From: Nemertoderma westbladi
Taxonomy: Eukaryota; Animalia; Xenacoelomorpha
Length of the DNA stretch: 64,000 nt
NCBI GenBank assembly: GCA_032718475.1
Contig: JAUCBJ010002167.1
Coordinates: forward strand, 14,877 to 78,876
Direction of reading: 5' to 3'
In this document: one piece after another, positions 39,497 through 50,852 of the stretch
Layout: every line of letters starts with the position of its first letter
Position numbering within the stretch: the stretch's first letter is position 1
Notes under the pieces: generated by a model
What the model was told of the DNA's origin: nothing
The model's database searches: none
Seen by the model: the letters and a program-made list of their open reading frames with translations, nothing else
Made by a program: the position numbers and the translations under genes

Positions 39497-41802
39497 TGTT
39501 ACGATATATGGCGCTGTGTACCAATATTAGCCGTTATACAGTATAATCATTTAGTTAGATAAGCCATAATGACGCCATAATGATGAACCGGCTTTGTGTA
39601 AGCAGATGTATAGTCTAGTACAAAGATATCCGGTAGTAGTGATGGGTTCGGATTTGACAGTGTTCAATAGAGAATAATTAAGACGACTTTCCTCTCCCTT
39701 ACTTACACCCAACCCCCACATTACGATTACCCCTCCCTTACTTACACCCAACCCCCACATTACGATTACCTCTCCCTTACTTACACCCAACCCCCACATT
39801 ACGATTACCTCTCCCTTACTTACACCCAACCCCCACATTACCCCTCCCTTACTTACACCCAACCCCCACATTACCTCTCCCTTACTTACACCCAACCTGT
39901 ATTTAGAAAAGGAAAATAAAACGCCCATATTTGTGAATGTTATCCATTTGTACAGTATGTAGTCCTACCTATGTAATTTTGTAATAAAATATAAATAAAT
40001 AGTTCTACGGTAGCAAGTTTCCTATAAAACCCTTGATGTAAGCTTGCTGTTATTAGTATCAATAGGGCTAACTGTCTATTTGCTTTAATTTCTATTATAT
40101 TTGCGCTAAATTAGATTTTATGTACTGTGCTTTTAGTACCGCTAAATTAAGCAACGCCAAAATTACCATATATGGTGGCAATTTGTGATTCTGAGGGGGA
40201 ATAGGTTCACAATCCGGCTTCCTTATTGGCCTAGCTGCTTCCAGGTTGGTCTAATGGTAGCGCGGATTGGGGAACCAATCAGAGGATTATTGCATCATCC
40301 TTGATGAATCACATATAAATTGGCTGTATTTCCGGTATGTGCATCTCAGTTATCCATAATCTCATTCTCAGTCTGTGTATAATCTCTTATTTTGTATTTC
40401 CGTTTGTTTCTTGCAATAATTCGCAAATTTTGTAATTTCTGCTTTATTTCTTGCTGCGTTTCTTAATTAATCTCGATGATTGCTGCAAATTACAATCCGA
40501 ACTATGATTTCTACCTTTTCATTAATGGTTCTATGTTATTAAGATGCGATAATCCTACGGGATTTCTTTAGACTGTCAGACTGTTTGTGATTGCATGCGC
40601 CGTTACGGTAGCTATTCATTTTAATGGAGGGCTAAGGTACCGGTAGGCGCGGCGGGTGCACCGGGGGGGTAGCGACGAAGGGAGTGCAGAGGATTCAAAG
40701 GCGAGCAATGCTGGCGGGGGTCACCGTTGCGGTCGGAAGGCCAGCAGTGTAGAGGGAAGACCGGTTGCCGGTACAGTAATTAGGGGGCTGACGATCCAGA
40801 TTTTGTCTCTATTTTGTAGTATTAGGGGGGCAGGAATCGGTTTAGTTAGGAAGCCTATATGTACCCGGGAGAGGCCTTCGTGTTCTACACTACAAACTGC
40901 AAACTGTACATTGAGAACTGCTAACTGTTAAGTATTCGCTATTGATTGTTACGCTGATTTGTGTGTTGCTAAAGTGTGCCTGATTAAATTATGAATGCTT
41001 AGATAGGCGCCTTTTTCCCTTGATTGATTTCTATTTCTTAGTTTACGATAAATAATTACTGATTAGGCCAAAGTAATACGGTATTTAGGCTGTTACTAGT
41101 GTAACCCGGTGCGTAATAAATTAGAATTGCGCATTCTGGAACACTTAGTAATTAGTACGCTGTTTCATATTTGTGACTGTAATTAATTAGTAAAATTAAG
41201 AATTTGTACGCAGCATAGCGGAGAGTAGTTAAGGTAATTATTTGGAGTACTGTAAACTATTCACGCTGGGCGGTTATTTGAAAATAGCGGACAATAAGCT
41301 AGATAGCAGTATCCAGTACACAGTAGTAGATTGCTGGCCTAAAGCCAGCCGAAGGCAAGTTTAGACCCATAGTACCAGCCCCAGTAGGACATTCTGTCAC
41401 ACTTTGAGTTATTTTAAACATTCTCACATTCACATATTCCGTTAGGGAACACCAGTATTTGCGATTAGAAAGGACGCGTTTATTTGCGCGTTTTTTAACA
41501 GTAAGATTAGGCAATAAAAATACACTCTGAGTGTAAGCCTCTAACACTCGTTTTAAGTAGCCTAGGGAGCCGTCTCGGGTTTATTGTTTTGGTTATTCCC
41601 GCGTGGCTCATAGATTCGAACAGTTAGCTCTCTATCGAGCAATCAGTAGAGAACGGAACAAGCGATTTGGAGGAGGCATATAAAATTAGTAAAATATATT
41701 AGCGGACGGCAGGTTAGCGCCATCCAGCGGTGAGTAGCGGTTTTGTGTTTAGCAGTAGTGCAGTAGTAGTAATAATGCGCTCCTGATCGCCCCTGTTTAA
41801 CA
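39497..41802. mobile_element. 2.3-kb non-coding insertion, probable solo LTR
   Basis: TGTTA...TAACA ends, TSD GAGAG/AAGAG. Excision restores a gaggtccgtg(ag)5taagggac unit like its neighbour at 41821. Confidence 0.7.
39690..39897. repeat. 30-36-bp minisatellite (ctcccttacttacacccaacccccacatt[acgatt]ac) x~6
   Basis: Direct tandem units visible. Confidence 0.9.
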
Positions 41803-42928
41803 AAGAGAGTAAGGGACTATGAGGTCCGTGAGAGAGAGAGTAAGGGACAGAGAGGTCCGAGAGTGAGATTAGAGTGAGGACGTATAAAATTGTGTGAAGA
41901 AAGAGCACAATTGTCTCGAACAGAGACACCAGATACCTTGGTGCAACATAGCTCGCGATTGCACCAAGGAGGGGTAGTAATAACATACTCAGGGGGGGGG
42001 CGGTCAGTAAAGCTGACCCCGAGAAAAGAACTCCACCCCACACCCAATATTAGATTGGGTTCCAGCGGAATTGAAGCGCACTTAAGGTTGATGCTATCTT
42101 ATCACCGGGAAGATAGCATGGGGGGAGTGTAAGCGGATTCAATTCCATTACACTATCCACCTTAGAATGGGACCAGTGGCATTTTATCAATATAGTTGGG
42201 GATACGAGATTACCAATAACAATCTCGTCTCATAACCAACTTTGGGGGGGCGACACAAGCCCTAAAGCCACAGAGAGAGGTGAGAGGTCAAACCACATCG
42301 GAGGGAGAACACAGCTAGTAGTAGAGGCTAGCAGCGGGGGGAAACACTCACGGGGAGTGCCAAAGTGACAATTAGTATATTAGCCAATAGCGGGGAGGGA
42401 AGCACGTGATTAAAGATAGGAAAGCATCCACTGGGTACAGAGGGCCAAGTACAGTAAGTGGTGAAACCAATATCTGTGTGTATCAATCATATATTATTCT
42501 GTATTACTGATTTACTGGTCATTTCATTAGTAACAGAGTTGCAGACCGGTCATAGTTTATGACCGTCACCGCTACCAACATAACCGATTAATATCTGTGC
42601 CTTTCTGCTGTTATATCTGTGTTATCGTGATACCCATTACATACTGATTGTGCTATTATCATTCGGATTATTAATATTGAGAAGCAGAAACTCTATTATT
42701 TTCCCCGATGGCCTTGGGCCAAAACGAATTAGTGCTACTTCCTAGCAGAACGGTGATGCGTACAAATCTAACCCGGTCGGGATCTTACGATCCCGTCATA
42801 CGTGGCGACGCATATAACACACACACCGGTCGGGATACATACTGCCAACTCCAGGATCCCATCACAGTTAAAAACTGCCAACAACCCAACAAGCATTTAA
42901 ATAAACTGTGACCACAACCAGCGCCAAC

Positions 42929-45908
42929 ATGAGTGAACACGAGATGACCAAGGTCCAGAGGAAGAGACCCCGAGCGACAGAGACGAAAGGATTCGGTAAG
43001 CAACGATGAGGTGGTACTGGCCCGCCACATCGGATTCGACAATGAGGGACGCTCCGGTCGTTGAGGAGGAGGGTGGCAGAGTACGAGGAGGAAAGGGGAG
43101 CGAGTCGACGCAAGATAAGAGCGGCGAACGAGGTACCGAAATCGCCAGCCAAACCAGTGGCCGAAGGCGGCGAACGGCCCACCGGAACGGCAATGGTGGG
43201 GCCGACGGTACGGCGCCGGACGAGGAGGGAAGGTCAAGTCCAGGAGGAAGACGTCAGGATGAGTAATCACCTACGACGAGAGTACAACGCCACCAAGAAG
43301 TTGTTGAAGGATGCTAGAGAGGGAGGGAAGGTAGAACAGCCCAAGTTGTACAGGAGGCTAGGTGAGTGCAACAAACATTTCCGCTACCTAGTACGATTTG
43401 GGCAGTGGGAACTAGCAAGTGAGAGGATGAGGGGGGTCGCCACAGAACTGTTCGAATTGTGGCGATCTGAGGTGAAGGAGGCTAGTGTGGTGTACGTAGG
43501 GCCCTATCTAGTAGATGCAAGGGGGATTAAGTTAGTGGGATGGGCGGACCCACACGGCACCAAACCCGAGGTTAACCCCGAAGATTCGGTGTCGTCGGTT
43601 AGTAGGAATGCTAGTAAGCATGGGAAAATTAGTAGGATGAACAGGCGACGGGAGTCGGTCGCAACCGAAAAGTCTGCTACATCCTCCGCGAATGCAAGAA
43701 GGGTGTTAGAGATAGATCTGGCGTGTCAGCTAGACATAGTTGCACTGGATCAAAAGGAACTTGAGAGACACCTGGATGAGGAGACCGCGTTACTAGAAAG
43801 GGAAAGGCAACTAGCGAGACAGTGCAAAGAGAGGGCCGAGAAGGTGGCGAGAGATTATAGGGAGCGGGAGGCAAGGGAGGCTGAAAGGATTGAGAGAGAA
43901 GCTAACGAGCGTAGAGAGCGTTAGCTGATCAGAGTATTAGAGAGGACAGAGAGAGAGAGAGGGCAGGTAAACGTATGAGGGATGATATGCATACCCAGTT
44001 GAGGGGGTTAATGCAATATCAGGCGAAACAAAAACGCCGATTAGAACTGGCAAAAATGGGTTTATCAGAGAGCGAGGCTGGTTCAGGAAGTATTTATGAG
44101 GAACCAGGGGTGATGGAAACCTTTGTTAAAACCCCACTTACAGGTACCAGACAACAGACCCTAAACTGGTGTGACCGGAAGGGCGGGGGGGAGGGTAATG
44201 ACAATATGTTTGATGAAAACATTAATATTAATAGTACCGTAGTAGATAACCGGGCAGAGGGAGGGACGTTGGTACCGTAAGCGGCCAAACGAGAAAACGT
44301 CGAGCCCACTCGGAAGACAGGAGAAGGACAGTAGAGTTCATCCAGGAGGTCGATACGAGATCTCTTGAAGGAGAACATTACGCTGAAATCAGAAGAAGTG
44401 AGGAGGGGCAAGGAAGTGTTGCTACGGGCAACCAGAGACGTCGAGAGAGGATGGACAGTGAACCGTCGATAGTTGAACTGGAGAGAGAAAGCCGGTGGGG
44501 TCGTACTCTGGGAGATTCCCATTACATGCGCTGAAAACTAGAATTGAGCTGCCACCAGTGGAGCTTTTCAAGTTTGATGGTAGCAAGCCGGAAGAATATC
44601 TACAGTTCCGGAGAATGTACAGTAATGAGATTTTGACAAAAAATCTCACGCAGGCGGAGTCCCTTAAATACCTACAAGTCTATACAGGGGGGCCAGCTTA
44701 CGACATAGTGAGGCAATACCAAGGTATTGAAGGAGGATTCACAACTGCATGGAGAGCCCTGGACAGGGTATTTGGCCATCCTGCAAAGATTATCCGACAA
44801 ACCTTAAGGGGAATAACATCAGGCGGACTCGCAGATAACCCCGTTAGCATCAAGACTTTCGCTAACAAAGTAGAGAAAGCGCTAATAGTATTAAAGACTC
44901 TAGATGCACCTTACGAACTCAATGCATCGAACAACATCACCACGATAGCGCAGGCACTACCGATCTGGCTGAGAAACAAATGGAGAAAGATCGCTTTCTC
45001 CACTCGAGAAAGGAAAGGTGTGGAGCCAGGATGGAGGAGATGTCGAACTTCCTTAACTACGAGCCAGAGCTAATAACAGATCCAGTCTATAGTGAGGACA
45101 GTCTAGGAAAGGCACCGAGGACTGAATACAGCCGGCCTAAACCCGAATGTAGTGCGGCGAATGCACTTCCGAAGGTGAGGCAGTCACTACCGTATGCGGC
45201 CACACAGGGGACTTCAAGTCCACAGAGAGCTGGGAGTAGAGCCACACCATGGCAGGGACAGAAACCAAGTAACAACATGAACAAATACAAACCCAATACA
45301 CTCAGTAGGCCGAGTCCAATTAACCAAAACACTAAACCGCTAGATATGAATCTAAGCGCAATACGTGAAGCACTATACGAGGAACGCTACAATCCTGATT
45401 ACAAATGTCAATTGCATAGAAACGGGACCCATAAGACCATAGACTGCAAGCATTGGCAGGCGTTACTTAAACAAGATCGGATAGCCTACACTGGTAAGAA
45501 TGGACTATGTCATCGATGCATGGTAGGAGGACACAGGAAGGATGAGTGCCAGGAACCGCCGATCAAATATGGCGAGACTGATGGGACTGGAGGTCAGATG
45601 ATGGCAACGAGCACGATGGGAGCAAAGAAGAGGGGAACGGTACTACTCGGAGTGGTACCAGTGAGAATAATAAGGGAGAACGAGCTATTGGTTACGACGC
45701 TAATGCTGGTCGATAGGGGAGCAGCGTTCATGCTGGTGGAAAGTTGGATGGCCGAAAGAATAGGGTTATGGACAAAGCTAAGTAAGATGGCGGTGACCAC
45801 AATTTCCAGCAAGGACGAGGTCATGAAAATGAGGACGGGACGATGCGAAATAGCAGTGATAACACCAGGGTGCGACTATGGGGCTACCATCGAACCCATC
45901 CAGATCCA
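42929..45908 (+). mobile_element. BEL/Pao family 2, copy B: gag-protease only, 3'-truncated
   Basis: Co-linear with but diverged from copy A (YNATKKLLK, IELPPVE.FKFDGS, TVLLGVV, LVDRGA). Ends abruptly at AT-rich Polinton sequence. Confidence 0.9.
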
Positions 45909-45954
45909 AAATCGTAAAAATGTTGATAAAATATTTATAATATAGCTGAAAAAG

Positions 45955-46386
45955 TCAAGAATCATCTTCATTGTCATCGGATTCATCAGTGGTTACAAGG
46001 GTTTCTTTCGAAATAATAACTATAAACAAAGCCATAATTTCATAAGCATTTTTACGATCTAATTTGATCTCAAACTTTTCACCTTTATTGACCACTATAT
46101 TGCCACTATATTGACTAATAACAATAAAGTTATCTGACAATGAGAAAATTGTGATTGATTCTAAATTTCCATCATCTTTTATTTTGTAATCTAAAAGGTA
46201 ATTAGTAGAATCTACCTCGCCGAAAATATCAATACAACGTAGTTCTATTCTTGCTTGTTCAGAAATATCTATTTTAAAATTAGGTTGTGAAGGACAATAA
46301 ATAGTGTTACCAATAACAATACAAGTAAGATTATCTACAGTATTAAATGTATGTCTTATTACAGGTGTAGGTGTATCAGAAGACAT
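45955..46386 (-). CDS. Uncharacterised Polinton terminal protein (143 aa), homolog of 61047..61490
   Basis: Intact ORF ~810 bp inside the right terminus. Shared motifs RH.F, IVI..TIY, LLDY, IVI.QY, GEKFEI.L.R.N.YEIM..FIV.ISKE. Confidence 0.8.
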   Translation of the reverse strand: MSSDTPTPVIRHTFNTVDNLTCIVIGNTIYCPSQPNFKIDISEQARIELRCIDIFGEVDSTNYLLDYKIKDDGNLESITIFSLSDNFIVISQYSGNIVVNKGEKFEIKLDRKNAYEIMALFIVIISKETLVTTDESDDNEDDS

Positions 46387-46858
46387 TATTATTATTATTA
46401 TTTAATGTAATAACAATTAAATAACCGCGCCAAGACAGACAAATAAATATTCTATTCATATATTTAAATAGATAATTTTTATATTCACCCAATCAACTAA
46501 TAACACGTGTAACCAATAGAAAGTGAATAATAACAGCAAATGAAGCAAATGAAGTAAATGAAAAAATAGATATTATTATTAATAGTTGAATTAATGCATT
46601 CTATGCTATAGAAATCATGTTAAGGAACTAGAAGCTATAAACATCTGCTACCAGTTGAGAATGAAGAATTCAACGGCTACGGTATAACCTGGATATTTGT
46701 CGCCTTTTTCTCTCGAGGTTGGATGGAAGAGTGAGCGATGAATTGTAGCAAAACATAATGGTCCTCTGTTCGATCCCGGTTGAATATTTTGTTATCTGAA
46801 AAATTGCTAAATGAAATTTAGTTACTGGTGAAAAATTACAGGTAGAAAGACACCTGAA

Positions 46859-47198
46859 ATAAAAGATATGAAAATACTGGTTGGTGAAAAATAGCAATTT
46901 GAAACATAGTAGAAGTTACCTGAAGACACCCGAGCGCCTGTAAAATAAAGGCTCGCGATTGGTTGGAAGGAGTAGAGAGGGAGTTAGCTGGGTGACTAAT
47001 AACGCCTCTAGCGAAAATGCGGGAACTTGAGAAGTTACCATCGTTACGGTTGAAATGTTGACTTCTGATTGGTTGAAATAATAACGACCACTGGTAACGG
47101 TTGAAATGGTGGTTTCTGATTGGTCAGCAGGAGTAGAAAACATGGTAATGCTGAGCTATGGATGACTCTTAGCGGAGAACGAATCTTCATATACTACT
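46859..47198 (-). repeat. Polinton right terminal inverted repeat
   Basis: Ends ...ATACTACT followed by TSD GCCATG. Confidence 0.93.
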
Positions 47199-47302
47199 GC
47201 CATGCTGCGCGTATCTCACCAACGAACTCTTACGCACATTCATGGAGGAAATCGCCACCTATCTCAACGAGCGACCATTGATGACTGTATTGTCAGACCC
47301 GG
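47199..47302 (+). mobile_element. BEL/Pao family 1, segment 4 (integrase remnant)
   Basis: NELLRTFMEEIATYLNERPLMTVLSDP matches the Pao integrase E..+N.RPL motif. Confidence 0.8.
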
Positions 47303-47399
47303 AATATATATATAACAAAATTAACAATTAACAATTTTTTCCTAATAACAATATCACAAAACAACATCATTGTTATTGAAAGTTTTTTATGATTAATGG

Positions 47400-48060
47400 A
47401 ATCCCGACTCTAAGTTCTCTGTTTCGATGCCCCTAATTTTTTATTTCAAAGCATCTTTATTGGTTTTCTGGGTCGCTGAATCGATTGAAAGTAATATAGA
47501 AGCCTGAAGACTTAGAGGTTAGCCATTTTTTGAAATCAAAATTCCGAATAAAATAATTTTGAAAATTTGAAGTGCCACGCCCTAATTTTGGGGCACCAAA
47601 AATTACGTACACCAAGGATTTGAGGCTTTTATATTACTTTCAATCGATTCAGCGCTCCAGAAAACCAATAAAAATGCCTCGAAATCAAAACTTTGGTAAA
47701 TTTTCCGAATAAAGTAATTTTGAAATTTTAAAGTGCCACGCCCTAATTTTGGTGCTCCAAAAATGACGTACCACTAAACTTACATGCTTGTATAGAGCAT
47801 TAGAGTGATCCAAACCAATAAAAATAAATAAAAATAGCACAAACATAAATAATTACTAAATCACGAATGACTTTGTAAAATTCGAAAATTTCAAAAAATT
47901 TGGTGCTGGAGACCAAATTTTGAGGTGGCACCCACATCGAATCTAATTGCAACGTCATTTTTTGCAAAAGATGCGGCATTAAATTTGGCTAATTCTCAAT
48001 AAAAATTGGGCCGGTACGTAATGTGGTTGCATAGTTACAGCAACTAAAATCTAGGAAGGG
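47400..48060. mobile_element. MITE remnant related to the 517-2049 family, with internal inverted/direct repeats
   Basis: ttggttttctgg..cgctgaatcgattgaaag at ~47460 is inverted at ~47640-47670; aagtgccacgccc duplicated; tttggtgctgg motif. Confidence 0.55.
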
Positions 48061-48672
48061 GCCGATTCGCTCTCTCTCTGTTTTTCTGCATGACGGTCTG
48101 CATGGAATACTAGATGTAAAAAAAAAAATGTAGAATAAATGAAGTCAATAGAAAAATCTATTAGTTCATGTAGAAATGTACTGTAGGTAGGGTCTGTCCG
48201 GCCACGCGGCCCGTTAAAAATAAGAGAACACCCAATACTTAAATAAAACTTTAGCTATGGTCGTTTCCCAGATCAGTAATTCCATTTCTGTCAGTTTTTA
48301 GTAATTATTATAAAAATAATCCACAGTTATGTCTGAACTGCCCCTCACAAATATATACAATTATACCTAACAATTATATACCAACGCCTCTGGCATTACC
48401 TGATGATGCAATGGCAATTGTTAGGATGCATTAACTATTTTTAAAAACAGAATAAGTCAATTATCATTTTATGGACGCTACACAGACAAGGAACAGCCGA
48501 CACTGTTGTTGGGGGCCCACACATTTAGGTTGTGATTTATTTGCTGTCTTGTTAACTTTGTTTAACTTTGTCTTGTGAAATTGATTTATTGACTTGGCTT
48601 GTGGCCCTGATATATTTGTTTGATTAATTCTTGCGCGGACGATATTTCGAGATTTCAAATATTATACATTAC

Positions 48673-48884
48673 CTCAGACACAATGCGGTGCATCGTATTC
48701 TAGAAACGCGGCTATTGATATTACTAATCCAATGATTCTGTAACTGATGATCCACTGATGATCCATGAATACCCATTCCAAATGTCGCTGCCCTGTGACA
48801 CAACATTCCTATGTCGCAACAACATAAATGAGTTCCCAAGACGACCATTAAACCTGCTGTGATTAGAAGGTATTGCGGATTCAT
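48673..48884 (-). CDS. Putative exon 1 of host gene: signal peptide + N-terminal half of PAN/Apple domain
   Basis: MNPQYLLITAGLMVVLGTHLCCC is a hydrophobic leader, followed by DHQLQNHWISNI...RCTALCL. The CTG AG|gtaat phase-2 donor matches the phase-2 acceptor at 6805. Confidence 0.7.
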
Positions 48885-50374
48885 AATTAAGTTTCCCAGA
48901 AGCGGTAATTGTCTGAATCAGTGGCTGGTTAGTTAGTGTCTGGAGAGCTATTTATTCAGAGTGTACAATAATTACTTGATATAATTGATGGTAATCCTAC
49001 ACACAAACATATAAATATAATACAAAAATTGCAATTGACAGGTCACTAAAAGAAATCGGATTTTAAATTATTTAAACAATTCAAAATAATTTCGAAAATA
49101 TATGCACAAAGTGTGTGGGTGTGGGTGTTGCCATTAAAAATAGAAGACTCAATCACCAACATTGAATTTTTTGACAATTTTTTCCAAAATTTACAGCGAT
49201 GTGCAATAGTTTATATTTTTTGTTACTTGAGGATTGCAATTTTTCCTGATACCGATTAAAATAATACTGAAATAAATTTTGCAATTGAATGAAATTATGT
49301 GGGTATTTATGTTGGTTTGTCTTATTAGCACAACAGTTCGTAGTTGTTGTTGTGCTTCTTGATTCAATTATATACATATTGTAGTAAAAAGTGCTGATGA
49401 ATTTATATTTATAAATTTAGTCTGATACTGCTGTTGTTAAGGGTTGATTTGTATGCCTTATATAACGCAGGAATATAAAGATAGCAGATGATAATTATCT
49501 ACACAATTACCTCAATACTATAAGGATTATAGATTAATAAATAATATGTAATAATTGGAAAGGTAATAATGCATTGGGGGGATAAAGCAACGCCGATAGT
49601 ATCAGAAATATATAATTATGCGAAAATCATTATATACATGTTACTTAATTTATCCTAGCAGGTGCACTAGATAATCAAAACTAGAACCCTAATTCATATC
49701 CTTTTGGCTGATATCAATAACTCACCTTCACTCCCGATGGTGTCGTCGCGTTTCGGCAACTGTCGCGATTCGGCAACAGTCGCGTTTCGGCAAAAATAGT
49801 TACGTTTCGGCAAAAAGGTGCGATTCGGCAAAACAGTTGCGTTTCGGCAAAAAGTTGCGTTTCGGCAACAGTCGCGATTCGGCAAAAAAAGTTGCGATTC
49901 GGCAAATGGTTGCGTTTTGGCAAAATTATTTCTTTATTGCAGGAGAATACACTATACTATCAACAATACAAGTAAAAGTGAAACAAGCAGGACATTATAA
50001 ATATACAACACTACTGTATAGCACTTTCGTTTGTTAGTTGCATTGCTAATAAAAGTTTAACTTCCCTGCCCTGGAATAGTGTTGTATAGGATACTCTGTG
50101 CGTCGTGTTAACCATGTATTTTGGTGAGGCCCAGATGGGGACTTAAGAAAATACACGAAAGCGACTTTCATTGCATGAAAGTAAAAGAGGCCGCTTTCCT
50201 AAAACGTAAAGATTTTGTAAAAATAGCAGTTTCCTGTTGCATTTATTGTTACATAAATCATAAAACACCTTACGGTAGTTCAATTCAAAACCTAAATAAT
50301 GCACTAAAATTAAACTGCAAAGCACAATTGAACATAATAAATCAAAACCAAATAAATACATTACAGTACGTGCC

Positions 50375-50600
50375 AATTTGAGCAAGCGAACATACATTAA
50401 CTTGCCAGTTTTGGCAAGCTAATATATTTAACTTGCCAGTTTTTGCAAGCTAATAGATAACTTGCCCATTTGGGCAAGCTAATATATTTAACTTGTATTG
50501 TCAGTTTGGACATGCTCATATATTTAACTTGCCAGTTTGGGCAAGCTAATACTGTAGATAACTTGCCCATTTAGGCATGCTAATATATTTAGCTTACCAG
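50375..50600. repeat. ~30-bp minisatellite ttaacttgccagtttgggcaagctaatatat x~7
   Basis: Each unit contains a cttgcc...ggcaag hairpin. Confidence 0.8.
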
Positions 50601-50654
50601 TCATGCATTGCAGTCATGTAGTCTTGGAGAGTCGCATATTGCAGACCTATGATG

Positions 50655-50852
50655 ATATATGTAAGCCGACGAGCCGACCACTTACTTCACTCAGTTCACT
50701 CACTCGTTCGAATAGTCACTAGTCAGTCGCCTTTATACTTGACCCAAGAGTGGTTGGAACTTGGCCTAACCTAAATACTTCATATGTAAACTAGTCGACT
50801 TCTAGCGATCCTCCATAAGTCACCTGTGGTCGGCTGGTCGGCTTTCATATAT
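50655..50852. mobile_element. Small MITE-like inverted-repeat element
   Basis: atatatgtaagccgacgagccgaccac ... gtggtcggctggtcggctttcatatat. Confidence 0.6.

Larger units (their letters stand above)
39395..42866 (+). repeat. Probable LTR of BEL/Pao family 2 between copies A and B (interrupted by 39497-41802)
   Basis: Polypurine GGGGGAAGTA then TGT at 39395; ...ATCACA at 42866 lies just upstream of copy B gag. No second LTR is available to confirm the boundaries. Confidence 0.5.
28383..47198. mobile_element. Polinton/Maverick (adintovirus-like) element shell, internally deleted and invaded
   Basis: Termini AGTAGT...ACTACT, ~340-bp inverted repeats, 6-bp TSD GCCATG at 28377-28382 and 47199-47204. 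The Pao integrase resumes after the right TSD. Confidence 0.9.
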
